Source: Fistulifera solaris
Lineage: Eukaryota
Direction of reading: 5' to 3'
Assembly: GCA_030295235.1 (NCBI GenBank)
Contig: AP026153.1
Span: 620,001-684,000 of the forward strand
DNA: 64,000 bases
Shown: piece by piece, positions 51,991 to 64,000 of the stretch
How positions within the stretch are numbered: position 1 is the stretch's first letter
How the letters are laid out: every line of letters starts with the position of its first letter
Program-made: the position numbers and the translations under genes
Notes under the pieces: generated by a model
What the model saw: only the letters and a program-made list of their open reading frames with translations
Databases searched by the model: none
What the model was told of the DNA's origin: nothing

Positions 51991-52441
51991 CCCAATACAC
52001 CGGGTTCAGTTAAGCTCGCTTGATCGGCGATTATTGCTTAGCCATAGAGTGTTATTGGTGTTGAAGGAAGTATCAATGCACTGTAGTAAAACGGCGAGGT
52101 GAAAATTACTCATATTCGGGTATCCCTCTGTCGATAAATTTCTTTACGAGGCCTACGTGATGCGTACGTAAACATTAGATTGTTGCATCTTTCCTTTCTG
52201 CTATGTTTTCGTTCGAAGTAAGCTACATGGAAAGCTTCAGCTTGCTTCTTTTCGAGTATTTTGGTCGGTCTCGTGTTGAAATTATGAAAGAGGGACACAG
52301 CTGGACCGTTTCTATGCCAAAATTTGAAGAAGAATTAGAACAGATGATGGACTCAAGACTCAACCCTTTGTTCGGGACTTAATTTTTGTTTAGAGTTTAG
52401 ACTCGCATTGCGATGAAGCGACGAGAGAATCATTGTTTAAG

Positions 52442-53748
52442 ATGAATGTTTATCAACTACTGCAATACCAGCGTCATTTCTTTTTCTTTAATCTGTTGTT
52501 TTTATTCCTGATTCAGTTTGCATGGAGTTTATTGATCTCGACGGCACCGCAAACGGCCCATTCTTTTCGGACGACAAGAAACGGAGCGTTACAAGATTCG
52601 TCCTGTCGACAGCTCCATCATATATGTCTTCGAGAACGCTTTTCTTTGCAGACGAGCACCACTTCAGAGGACACAGGCATCTACCATGACGCGACAATTA
52701 CTGATCTTTCTGCTTTGAAGGCACCTCCGGATCCTTTATTAAATTCAAAGGATGATTTCTTTCGCAATTTTCGAGCGACAGTTCCAGTAAAACTGCAATA
52801 TGCTTTGCGTGACTCTGGTCTTTTACGTCTCATTGTCGACTCGTTGGTCTTCTTGGGGGTTCCATCTCTTTTACAAGCTTATCCAACAGCGTGGAGAGAC
52901 TTTATGACGTTTTCCGGCCGTTCTCCATGGGATACGAACGATAGCAGTATTCGATTTCAAAGTGTACAATACGGAACGCACCGTTCCCAACGTATGGATT
53001 TGATACAGTCTCAAAAGCCTGTTGATTACACTCGCCCGAGGAAGTGGGTCGTTTTTGTTCACGGCGGAGCTTGGGGATCAGGATTTCCCCTTCTTTACCG
53101 ACTGGTGGCGAACTCCTTTGTTTCACAAGGGTACGACGTGGCCATTGTAGGGTATCGTACCTACCCTGACGCTTTTGTTGATGGGCAAATTGGCGATATT
53201 GTACAAGCGATTCAATTCTTACGGAGCATAGAGACTAGGGACGACGAACGAGGTGACAGCATAGACATGACTCTCATTGGCCATTCATCGGTGCTCATAT
53301 TTGCATGCTGGGTATCCTGCAATCCAAGATACAAGGCATCCAACGGTTTATAGGAATTTCGGGCGTCTATAATATTCCGCGGCATTATCAATTCGAGTCG
53401 AAACGGGGCGTCGAACGCATTTCGCCGCTGGCTCCGGTATGCGGCGGCAATCTATCGCAGTGGAAACAAAATTCACCGTCGCTACAGAGGATAAAGCCGT
53501 CCATTACACGAAAGCATCTTCCTCCTATATTGTTATTGCACGGTGAAATCGATTCTACTGTACCTTATACTTCCTCGGCAGGTCTTTACCATTCACTAAT
53601 CCAGCAGCAACAAATTAGAGGGAATGAAAATCAAGACCCTCTGATCGATCTGAAAGTACTGAAAGGAGTAGAACACTCCGAAACAATGTTTCATCTCATG
53701 TTTGGTGGTGTAACAAGAGACGTGCTGATGAAATGGATCAAGAACTAG
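52442..53748 (+). CDS. Alpha/beta hydrolase, prenylcysteine methylesterase-like; frameshift at the nucleophile motif
   Basis: VFVHGGAWGSG, GYRTYPDA, LIGHSS|(G)AH, LLLHGEIDSTVP and a catalytic His region near VEHSE; hydrophobic N-terminus. Confidence 0.85.
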
Positions 53749-53967
53749 AGAGAATGCTAATAGCTGATTGTTTTGCAATGCCGATGGAAGCTAGACCGAT
53801 ACAGTTAGTCGCATCTTCCTCTGGAATCACTGAGACAATCATTATAATGAATACTTATCAGGTCATGGTTTTATTCTATGTCATTCCATACCTCTTGCTG
53901 ACTTTAGGACGAGGGTATCCGAAAAGTCAAACGTTTCGTTTTGGTGCTGGCTCGATGATACTTTAAT

Positions 53968-54572
53968 CCTATAGTGAATTTGCCGGTGATCGATGCGAAA
54001 GCTTTTCGGATCCAAGAAACAATTCATTGCGTTTTGAATGATGATGATATTTCGAAGCATCACCGTCAATACCAATACAATCGATCACACATTTAATGCT
54101 AGCATTTGTTGACTTCATTGTTGCCGATTGATTTAGTTTCGTATATCGATCGTGACTCAAGTTCAGTCAAGGATTGCTTGAACCATCACTTTGAATTTAT
54201 AGTGAATTTGCCGGTGATCGATGCGAAAGCTTTTCGGATCCAAGAAACAATTCATTGCGTTTTGAATGATGATGATATTTCGAAGCATCACCGTCAATAC
54301 CAATACTATCGATCATACACTTAATGCTAGCATTTGTGGACTTCATTGTTGCCGATTCATTTATTTTAGTATTTCGATCGTGACTCAAGTTCAGTCAAGG
54401 ATTGCTTGAACCATCACTTTGATTCTATAGTGAATTTGCCGGTGATCGATGCGAAAGCTTTTCGGATCCAAGAAACAATTCATTGCGTTTTGAATGATGA
54501 TGATATTCGGTGATACCAATGCAAGCGATCATACACTTTATGCTAGCATTTGTGGACTTCATTGTTGCCGAT
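53968..54572. repeat. 228-bp tandem array, ~2.6 copies
   Basis: tatagtgaatttgccggtgatcgatgcgaaagcttttcggatccaag at ~53970, 54198 and 54426. Confidence 0.95.
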
Positions 54573-55005
54573 GATTCATAACGTCGACGGCCAAGAATGA
54601 GTGCTGGCGTGCAAGCCAACGAAAGAACTGGGGAAAACAGATGTGATCAGTGATCACATCATCATAAGTTTACTTCCTTTTTCTTTAATTGTAAAACAAC
54701 ATCATTTTTTCTTCACTTTTCCGCCTCATACCTAGGCGTAAGCCTTCAATCTTTTCACTTTAGTTTTGCGTCATGCGTCATTCGCTTTCAACGTCTGTAG
54801 GCGGTCGGGAATTTTGTGCACTAAGCCCTCGCACGTCACACCACCACCTGCGGGTTTGACAGCCGCAAAAAGAACGAGACGCGATGATCATAGCTGTCAC
54901 AATCTCAAAAACATATCAAGAGAGCAAATCATAACAATAGACCGTACTTTGTCAATAAGTAACCCTTTCCCTTACCTTATTACTTACTGAATTGAAAGAA
55001 GAACC

Positions 55006-57357
55006 ATGTCAACCGAAGACGCCCCGTTCGATCGCTGGAAGTTGCAAGACGATGCCTCCATTTCGTACGGATATCTCGGACGCACTGCAGTCACAGCACC
55101 TGCATCAACGTCGTCTCCGCAGTCGTCGTTTTATCTCACAACGGCTATCAATTACACCAACGGACCCGCTCACATGGGGCATGCTTATGAAGGCGTCACA
55201 GCGGATGTTTTAGTGCGCTTTCATCGTTTGCTGGGCACAGAAAAAGTGTACTTTGTCACCGGAGCCGATGAACACGGTCAAAGATTGCCAACGCCGCGGC
55301 GGAACAGGGCGTGGAACCCATTGATTTGTGCAACAAATATGTGACAGGCTTTCAAGTTCTCAATCAGCGTCTCTTAGTGTCGAACGATGATTATATTCGT
55401 ACTACCAGTCCTCGACACAAGGCGAATGCACAGGCGCTGTGGAATCGCATTCAGCATGATATTTACTTGGATACGTATTCGGGATGGTACAATGTTCGCG
55501 AAGAAACTTTTGTTACCGACAATGAAGCCGCTTTGTGTGATTATAAGGACCCTGTATCGGGTGTACCTTTGAAACAAGTCGAAGAAGAATCGTATTTCTT
55601 CAAAATGAGTCAATATCAAGAACAACTCTTGCAATACATTCAAGAAAACCCGAAATTCATTCAACCGGAACAACACCGCAATCACATTCTCGCGCGTTTG
55701 CAAGCGGACGAATTGCGTGATTTGAGTATTACTCGTACGACATTTTCTTGGGGCATCCAAGTGCCCGAAGGATTTCATGATCATCACGTCATGTACGTTT
55801 GGGTGGATGCTCTATCCAATTACTTGACGGGTGTCAATGCATTACAGACGGACCCCGATGCATCGCCGGAACTGGCCAGTTTTTGGCCGGCACAAGTGCA
55901 CATCATTGGGAAAGATATCTTGTGGTTTCATACTGTCATTTGGCCTTGTCTCTTGATGAGTGCGGGTTTGCCGTTGCCTCAAACAGTCTTTGCGCACGGC
56001 TTTGTCAATGACAAAGATGGAAAGAAGATGAGCAAGAGTTTGGGAAATGTGGTGGATCCACACGATATGCTGGATCAGTTCACGACAGATACCTTTCGAT
56101 GGTGCGTATGAAGTATGAAGGATCTTTGTTTCCCGCTCAAAGTTTTTTCGACTCAAACATGTAACGAATGCTTCTATGCTCTGCAGGTACTTGTGTAAGG
56201 AAGCTCCCTATGGCGGGGAACTGAGTTTCGGTCCCGAGAACTTGCGGGAAATGCACCACGCCGACTTGTGCGATACGTTGGGTAACCTTGTGCACCGAGC
56301 TACACATTTGTGTCAAAAGTACTGCAGCGGCGTAGTCCCTGCCGTTGCCGCCGTCTCGCCATTGCCGATCGATGTTGCCGAATTGATCACCACATATCAA
56401 ACGAAAATGAGTCAAATCGAGTTACAAGGTGGTGCCATGACCGCCATTCAAGGGTTCCGTGATTTGAATGGCTATTTACAGGAAGCGGCGCCGTGGAAAC
56501 TGAAAGATGCTTTGGAGGAGCAGCAAGTCATTGTTCGAACTACGCTTGAGACTATTTATATCTTAGGGCACTTGATATTGCCCTTTCTGCCGCAAGGTGG
56601 AGCGTTATTGTTCCAGAAATTGAATACGCCGCCGCAGAGTTTAGCGAATTTGAAGCTGGATGGAGCGAATTTGAAGGAAGGAACAGTGATTGAGATTGGC
56701 GACGTATTGTACTCGAAAGTATTGTCGGAAGATGAGAAATCAGATGCAGCTGCTGCTGCCATGAAAAAGAAAGAGTCATTTGCCGAGGCACAGCAACGCA
56801 AGAAAGAAGCCAAGGCAAAGGCTAGAACTCAACAACAGCAACAAACTGAAGGAGATTCGGATCAGCCCGAGTTCACAAAGATTGACATTCGTGTGGGTCA
56901 GATTACAAAGGTTTGGTACCATGAAAACGCAGCCAAGCTGTTTTGTGAAGAGATTGATTTGGGGACAGAGAGGCGTCAAGTTGCTTCGGGGCTCCGAGAT
57001 CATTATACCTTGGAGGAAATGGAAAACCGCAAAGTCTTGGTTGTGTGCAACTTGAAAGCAGTAAAGTTACATGAATTTGTGTCTGAGGGCATGGTGTTGG
57101 CAGCCAAAGGGGAAGACGGCAATGTGGAATTGATCAGTCCTCCCGAGAATGCCGTCGTCGGTGAACGCGTATTTGTGGAAGGTCTAGAAGGTGAGCCTGT
57201 TTCCTCTACGCAGGTGAAGAAGAAAAAGATCTGGGAAGAGGTAGCAAGTGGCTTGAAAACCGGTGAAGGAGGCGTCGCGCAATGGAGTGGGAAGAATATC
57301 ATGACAAGTGCTGGCGCTTGTGTGGCAGCCTCTCTCGTGGGGGCTCCGATCTCTTAA
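55006..57357 (+). CDS. metG: Methionyl-tRNA synthetase with C-terminal EMAP-II/Myf-like tRNA-binding domain; intron 56103-56187, frameshift ~55285
   Basis: FYLTTAINYTNGPAHMGHAY, TGADEHGQ, MYVWVDAL, HIIGKDILWFH and KMSKSLGNV; C-terminal IDIRVGQI...RQVASGL...VCNLK OB-fold. Confidence 0.96.
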
Positions 57358-57813
57358 GTAGAGCGAGTTATTGGATCGCCGTGTTACGCCGGCGAAATAG
57401 AATTGGATGGTAAAACTAGCTTTTTGTCGTTCATCCGTATGGCCATAGCATGTAGTTGCTTGGCAAAATCATGACAGCTGGCCCTCACCTGTTGAACCCA
57501 GGCCATCACCTGAGCTAGTGCGCTGCAATTAAGCCAGTCTACTTCTCTACTTTGAACCTTTTTCTTTTGTGCAAGTCGTTCTTCCATTTTGTGACGTTTG
57601 GCTCTAAAACAGGCACGAAAGACACGACCACGTATAAAAAAGACTCGTAGGGCCCACTTTCGTACTCCTTATCTGACTGTCTCCCGACCTCAATTTCCTT
57701 AACGCATCGAGCCGAGAACAAATCAAAGAAAAGCTGCAGTCACTTTTCCTCCTTTCATCCGTTCTTGTTGTTGCTCTGGCGTATTAATATCGCTTTCATC
57801 GAAGTCGTGTACC

Positions 57814-58367
57814 ATGTCTACCCTCCTGTTGTTGCTGATGTTCGTATCATCAGTAAATAAAAGCTGTACGTTCGTCGCGCTATTCTTTAAAAAAATATAT
57901 TAGACCGCCTGTCAAACTCATTGCACTCAAACTTTACCGTTTTATATTGTCGCAGCTGCTGCTCGCAGCGAAACCGTATCAACACGATACATGCTCTTTT
58001 CCGAGACGTTTGTGGCGGCGATAGAGGGAGACGAAATGATAGCAAAAACTGCGGGAAAGTCATTGGCGCTGGTTTTTGTCAAGACAGCGCAACGCAACTT
58101 TACGATTTCTGTCAAGATACGAGTCCAGGAAAGACACTGCTCGAGTGTCAAACTGATGCAGAGAAGAGTGCGAAAGCGGTTGGTTTTGTCTGGGATTCAG
58201 ACAATGCTGGTTGCAGTTTATTATTCGACAACAAAGACTCTCAGTCCAGCGTTGGAGCTCTATGCCCAGATGGGTTCTCAACAGGCTTGTCGCGATACAC
58301 TGGAACGGGGTTTCCGAAATCAGCCAACCAAAATGGCATTTATACTTGCTATAGCTGTGAATCATAA
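57814..58367 (+). CDS. Small secreted cysteine-rich protein (PAN/apple-like spacing); intron 57866-57955 and a probable frameshift
   Basis: Signal-like exon MSTLLLLLMFVSSVNKS, GT...CAG intron, Cys-rich frame GFCQD...YDFC...ECQ...GFVW...CSLLF...CYSC. Confidence 0.55.
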
Positions 58368-58561
58368 GCAATTTATGCATGATGACAATGTATGTATACT
58401 TTAATATCACTAACATAGACCTACTCATTTTATTTCTCTCTAGAATCGTCTCTTTCGTTCTATTCATTTCTCAATGAAAGGTCCCCTTCGAAAAGCTAGA
58501 TGACTGTGTCACTTTGTCGGGCCCATCGATAATGGATTGACCAAACAGTTCCATTTGCAAT

Positions 58562-59920
58562 TCACAAAATTCTCCATCCTTCCAGTTTATCTTTTCCGCT
58601 TCTTTTTTTCTTTCGAGGGTGACAGAGCATCTTGCTGATACCCATGGGCACCAAGAAGAGTAAAAACGGGAGCACGACGCCGGTGAGGGACATGTAAATC
58701 ATGTTTTGTGTATGTGTGGCGGGACATCCTTCCATGTCTTCCAGAATGCCCGGAAGCATACACCAGAAGTAAAAGCGAGAAAACAGATAACGAAGCTCTT
58801 TCAAAACAGGAATACCAGAGCCCGGCGAGAATGTCGTCGACAAGAAGATCATAAACATGAAGGGCATATCCGCGAGAAACAACACTGCCTGCTTGGGAAG
58901 CTCTGTGTAAAGTCCAAAGAATAGCGACGAGAATGTCATGCTGAGACTATCCATGAGAATCGCGACCCAAAACGAATAACTTTCGAGTCCATTCATCACG
59001 GCATTCGTCGTGCCAAACTGAATCACCGAAACAATTACAAAGAGAAATATACAAATGCTCGACTTGAGTGCCTTGTTCATTCTTTTCGAGCTGTGTAGTA
59101 GCGCTTCGGCTTCTTCGGACATGTAGACTCGCCAATCGGGGAGCGAAATCAAGTAAGGGTTCACCGAAAAGAATGCAATGAGCGAGCCCGCGTTGAGTAC
59201 CAAAACAGCTTGATTGTCGGGTGAATCCCAGAATCCCAGCAAAAATAACGAAAAGAAGACCACAACAAAGGCTCCAATGCCCATTAAGCCTGCATTGTAA
59301 AATACTTCGACGTCCAGAAAGAAGCGGAGATCCGCCCATGAGCCTTTGTAAACGTAGTTCTTTCCCACTGACAAGGCTTCAATCGCTTTGCTGCGTTCAA
59401 TGTTCCCTAGATGATTGATTTTGACCGTCGAGCGATCGATGGCACTGACCGTGATCGTATTATCCGCCATTTGTGTCAATGCTTCCACGTGATCGTTAGT
59501 GACGAGTAAAATTTGATGGTTTTCTTTCAGTTCTTTCAGTCGCTCGACAATGAAAGGAACAAAGTCATCCGTAACACCCGCAAAGGGTTCATCCAAGCAA
59601 ATCAATAGGTTGGATTTTCCAGCGCATCGTTGTCGAACAAGTTCAAACAGAAGTAACTTGCGTTGCCCTCCCGAGAGACCCGCCGTGAATTCTCCCGCCA
59701 TGGTTCCTCCTGCGGGTATAGAGTTAGCCGTTCCTTCTTTCACATAGATATCCCAGAAAGGGAGTTTCGTCGGATCAAAATGAGGGATTTTGGAGACGAT
59801 AACATACGGTCGAATGTTGTGATACTGACGAATGTAGATGCATTTGTGCGATCGATAAACGTCCTCTAAAAATGTTGTTTTGCCGCTGCCAGAACTTCCT
59901 ACGACGACCGTTAATGTCAT
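58562..59920 (-). CDS. ABCG-like half transporter (NBD then TMD)
   Basis: Walker A GSSGSGKTT, signature LSGGQRK, Walker B ICLDEP, then about six TM helices; the C-terminus may be frameshifted at a T-run. Confidence 0.88.
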   Translation of the reverse strand: MTLTVVVGSSGSGKTTFLEDVYRSHKCIYIRQYHNIRPYVIVSKIPHFDPTKLPFWDIYVKEGTANSIPAGGTMAGEFTAGLSGGQRKLLLFELVRQRCAGKSNLLICLDEPFAGVTDDFVPFIVERLKELKENHQILLVTNDHVEALTQMADNTITVSAIDRSTVKINHLGNIERSKAIEALSVGKNYVYKGSWADLRFFLDVEVFYNAGLMGIGAFVVVFFSLFLLGFWDSPDNQAVLVLNAGSLIAFFSVNPYLISLPDWRVYMSEEAEALLHSSKRMNKALKSSICIFLFVIVSVIQFGTTNAVMNGLESYSFWVAILMDSLSMTFSSLFFGLYTELPKQAVLFLADMPFMFMIFLSTTFSPGSGIPVLKELRYLFSRFYFWCMLPGILEDMEGCPATHTQNMIYMSLTGVVLPFLLFLVPMGISKMLCHPRKKKRSGKDKLEGWRIL

Positions 59921-60498
59921 GTTTGACAAGTGTGAAGCCTGATAATTGCTCAAGACGTGAATCAAATAGCAACAAGACAGAGAAAAGGATGAGAAAGAAT
60001 GGAATAATGAAAAGACGCGATGATCATTATTTTTGTGCGGCTTCCTCCACGTTATGCGGCCTTTATTATTTCGACGCGTGTCGTGACGAAGTCTCAGGAA
60101 ATCCTGGACTGAAACATTTTAGTCATGAGTGAATACCGCTTCCCCGATGCTGTGTCCGCTACTTTATCGTACTTTGAACTTTCACAAAGTATTGCCCACG
60201 TCACAATGATTTAAAATGTAGATTTACCTTGCAAAATAACGGTCATTTACCGCCAGCGGCAATGGATTTGCTTTCCTCTTCTTGGCGTTGGCGGTCTGCA
60301 AATTCGAGAAGTTTGTCAAAAGTCTTTTTGAGATAATCATTTTCTTCCCAAGACGGCATCTTTAGTTGTGTCATAAAATTCTCGTTCGCAACAATCGCCT
60401 TCATAAAAGCCCATTTCGCGTTGCATTTTCACATCCTTGCATACTTTTATAACGTCGAATCTCATCGAGCTCTTGCGACTTCTCATTCTATCTAAAAC

Positions 60499-60996
60499 AT
60501 GCAAACAGCACAACCTGTTGATCCCTTGGCAACTGTTCTCTTGAATCTGTCGTCGACGACCAGTACGACCTTGGCAAACGAAGTCATCAATCTCTTTCTC
60601 ACCAACAGTATCAGTCATATCTACCCAGAAAAGCACGCAAGCATGGAAAAATCACTTCCTTCCCTACCAGCGAAGAAACCAGCTGTCAGCAAGTCTTCCG
60701 GTTCGTTGCCAAAGAACAAGAAAAGCGGAGTCAAGCCATTGTCGCGTCCTCCTTTCAAGTTGATGAGCGCTCGCCCTGTCCGATTGGGAACACCTATTCA
60801 CAAGATTCCTATTCAGAAGAAGAGACCCGTCGCAAAACATACGACTCCTCCTCTTCGGAAGCAAATCATGAATGGTGCTGTGCCAGCGAAACTGTCGACA
60901 CCGCCCAGCTTGGCCCAAATCGACCTACTTCTCAAGTTGCCTGGTTTCAAGCTTCAAAACGAACGGCGCCGATCCTTTCAGGCGAATAGCGCTTAA
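60499..60996 (+). CDS. Hypothetical basic, Pro/Lys-rich protein (165 aa)
   Basis: ATG-initiated uninterrupted ORF after an AAAAC context; no family recognised. Confidence 0.55.
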   Translation: MQTAQPVDPLATVLLNLSSTTSTTLANEVINLFLTNSISHIYPEKHASMEKSLPSLPAKKPAVSKSSGSLPKNKKSGVKPLSRPPFKLMSARPVRLGTPIHKIPIQKKRPVAKHTTPPLRKQIMNGAVPAKLSTPPSLAQIDLLLKLPGFKLQNERRRSFQANSA

Positions 60997-62638
60997 TCAA
61001 TTTTGGAGCTATCGAGAACTGTTTTCGTCAAACGAAAGGACGCAATTTTGATCACAATTTAGTCGATATTTTAACAATTTTAAACGAGCTCTACCAACTA
61101 CGTTTTTCTTGCGGCTTCTTCCCTCGTTTTCGTCTCTATCATGATTTTTGCTTGTGCCTTAAAGGATACGATGCTTGTTCGATTGTTCATTTTCCATCGT
61201 CAACCTTCCGGTGCGAGATAAAATTCTCACAGACAACTCGAAAAATTCCTCATTCATGGTCGGCACTTTCTTACTTTCACACGTTGAGGTTCTCGTTGCT
61301 CGTCATTCTCATCTCGCCTCTTGCCCTTGGCACTTGCAGTTTTACGATCTAAAATGTAGAGACAGAGTAGAAAGTATAGACACATGACTTCACTTGTTGA
61401 CATTTATTGTCTTATGGCTACAAGAGTAAGCAGTGAACACTAGGACATTTTCGATTACTGAAAGAGTGTACATATGATTTTTCGCTGTTCCCGTTTGCCC
61501 AGATGAAACTTCTCCGTCCCAGTCGGCATTTTGGGTCATTTTGCTTGACATCTCCATTCTTCATTCTTCCCTTGTCGCTTTGCGAGGAAGTTGGCATTAT
61601 TTCTGCGCTATTACGGAAGACCGAAGGAATGTGTAAGCTGTTCCCCGCCTGCGCTAGTTTCTGAAACGTACACACGAACGAAGGCATCGTACGTTGAACA
61701 TCGAACATACTGTACCAGGTATCTTCCTCACAAGTCGTCACAAGTCAAGCCGAGTCGAGTCAGGAGGTAAAGTGGAAAGACAAGTGCCGATATCCGATGG
61801 CCAACCGCAGGCCCCAGTTTTCTGCTCTTGGCAATGGTCAGTTATAAATGAATATTTTTTCATGTTAAAAATGCACAATTGCGAAAGCAAACCCGTTCCT
61901 TTAAACGTTCGGCACCGTGGAGTTAAACACCCAAGGCTATCGGCCTTTTTGGGCTAAAAAAAGACCCGCTTTTATATGAAAACTATCTGGAAGCTGTAGA
62001 CAGACACTTGGGTTGATCAGAAGAGGCTCTAGAGATATGATGACAAATATCGAGGAGCGATTTAGTATATGTAAAATGTAGGGGTGACTTATCCGGGCGA
62101 GACTCAGCTAGTATTCAGTCCCGGATCGACCTCTTTATCTATTTCGATGCAACACAAATTCCTATGGATGTAGAGTAATCGCAACCTTGTTTGATGATCA
62201 GGTCGGCGCTATTGTTAATTGCTATCGATAGTGGTTGAGTTTCGAAGCACATCATAAATTGCATTCAATCAAGAGTACTCGTCTCCGACTCAAATCTTTT
62301 CAATCCCGGGCAGATGGTTTTGTTCTTTTTTTCGCTTCCACGTCGCACAAAAATCCGTCTTCGCTCAGCTGCTACTTTTCAATAGACAGTGAATGTCGGG
62401 CGTCGGTCCTCTGACAGCTCAACATTTTCCTTGCGGATGAGGTTCGCCGTGTGAGAACACCATGCCGCTGCAATAATATTTGAGATTGGATGAAAAGAGA
62501 AATATTGATTATAAATCACTCGTTTGACAACTCAACAATAAGAGGACTCGTTCTTTTCATTATTTTATCTTCGATAGCAAAAACGCATTTAGTTGATCCG
62601 CTGAGCAAGCAACAAAGTGAAGAAAAACAGCGAACAGA

Positions 62639-64000
62639 ATGCGAGAAAGAAAGCAGCGCTCGAGGCTTCTTCCTCTTACATCCACCCTTTCACTGTTGTT
62701 ATGCTGCCAAGCATACGAGCTTCTTTCTATTTCTTCTAAGTCACCCACTCGAGCCTTTCTTTCGCATCGAAATTCGGGTGCAACTTCCGTTCTTCCTCGT
62801 CATCAGGACAAAATATCACTTGGTGTTCCTAACAAGGAGAAACAAACGTCACCGGGGGCAGTCGTATTGGGATTTTCTATCGACGATGATGATCTAAATC
62901 TAACCACAAACCAGAGAAATATTCAGCAACGACGTACACGGCAATCTGGTAGTGCTCAAGATCAGCAGCAACGTCTTTTGAAATACAATCGAAAATGGAA
63001 ATACGGCAATCCGTTTGCAACTTCTACTTCGCAAGGAAAAGAGAATATTCATAAACAAGCGAGTCACGTCGATTTAGATACTTGGAATACACCAACTGAA
63101 GAAAAATTACCGCTGGAGCAGACGAGTGGCGACAACAATCTGCAAAATATCCCCAATTCGTTGGAAGAATGGTCTCGTAACAAAGTCACACCTTTGTTAA
63201 ACAGACGACAAGCTATTCGGAGAGAACAAAGTGAAGGCAAACGAAATCTCGTACAGGCGAATACTCCCGTCATAAGCAAGGAGGACTATATTGAAAGTCT
63301 GCGCAAGACGTTGAATGCGACTTCGACCCACAGTTCGGGGCAGCAACAACAGGAATTATCGAGCAACAACAATCGTCAATTGCACGTACTGTATCAACAG
63401 ATGAAAGCTGCCGATAAGCAAGGCAACGTGCAACAGACTTACCAACTTTTAACGCTGCTGCGCAAGGTAGCCCCTCATGACGGGAGAATAGTGCGACGGC
63501 TAGCTCGATGGTACGCGGAGCAAGATCAGCTCGAGGATGCCATTGGCGTATTGCAAAATGCTTTGCAGGAGCCAGAGCATTGCGAAAATGCATTTCTGTG
63601 GCATGGAATGGGTCAATATCTGCAAGAGCAGTTTCAACAGCAGAAAGACGACGACGTGGACTCGAATGAAGATATACTGCGCAATGTCACTTATTATTAC
63701 CGCCAAGCGATCCAATGTGACCCTTCACTTCCGCATCCGTACCACGCATTGGCTCTGTGTCAGCATTCGTATGGTCACATTGCCGCCGCCATGAAAACGT
63801 TACAGGAAGGCTTGTCCTGTTGTCCTCAAAATCACCGGCTGCACCATGCATTGGGCGATGTGTATCGACAAGCCGCCTCGCTCGAGCGTGCAGCGCAATG
63901 TTACAGCAAAGCACTGCAATGGAGTCCGGATCATTCCAAGGGTTACGCATTGACGGCAATTGCCAGAGTTCACTATGAATTAGATCGGCCAGACAAGTGT
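62639..64000 (+). CDS. HAT/TPR-repeat protein (Mbb1/HCF107-like), probably organelle-targeted; runs off the window
   Basis: Manually translated open frame from ATG 62639 to the window end: signal-like LSLLLCCQAY, then helical repeats NAFLWHGMG, YYRQAIQCDPSLPHPYHALA, LQEGLSCCPQNHRLHHALGDVY and CYSKALQWSP. Confidence 0.78.
   Translation, partial: MRERKQRSRLLPLTSTLSLLLCCQAYELLSISSKSPTRAFLSHRNSGATSVLPRHQDKISLGVPNKEKQTSPGAVVLGFSIDDDDLNLTTNQRNIQQRRTRQSGSAQDQQQRLLKYNRKWKYGNPFATSTSQGKENIHKQASHVDLDTWNTPTEEKLPLEQTSGDNNLQNIPNSLEEWSRNKVTPLLNRRQAIRREQSEGKRNLVQANTPVISKEDYIESLRKTLNATSTHSSGQQQQELSSNNNRQLHVLYQQMKAADKQGNVQQTYQLLTLLRKVAPHDGRIVRRLARWYAEQDQLEDAIGVLQNALQEPEHCENAFLWHGMGQYLQEQFQQQKDDDVDSNEDILRNVTYYYRQAIQCDPSLPHPYHALALCQHSYGHIAAAMKTLQEGLSCCPQNHRLHHALGDVYRQAASLERAAQCYSKALQWSPDHSKGYALTAIARVHYELDRPDKC

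Overview
Eukaryotic, gene-dense DNA, almost certainly from a diatom (short GT-AG introns, ASAFAP-type bipartite plastid presequences, diatom-type GPCR). About 21 protein-coding genes can be supported, including U2AF1, cytosolic IleRS, MetRS with an EMAP-II-like tail, an NBR1/p62-like autophagy receptor, a TLDc protein, a Sec23/24-family protein, a two-pore K+ channel with EF-hands, an ABCG-like half transporter, a MORN protein, an alpha/beta hydrolase, a HAT/TPR protein, a CENP-B/pogo-derived HTH protein and a large acidic repeat/coiled-coil protein. Many genes carry 1-bp frameshifts at homopolymers, most likely assembly errors. The standout is a tandem pair of cellulose-synthase-like GT2 genes (28716-37925). 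After removal of a phase-0 intron, the second gene fuses in frame to four near-identical 335-aa sulfotransferase domains (about 1929 aa), a candidate single-polypeptide sulfated-polysaccharide synthase. The first gene has the same exon structure but no sulfotransferase. Intergenic DNA holds several 210-241 bp tandem arrays that share conserved boxes, a dispersed TCCAGAAATTCTGGA pseudo-palindrome satellite and a TA-flanked MITE. All calls come from reading the sequence; no database searches were run.
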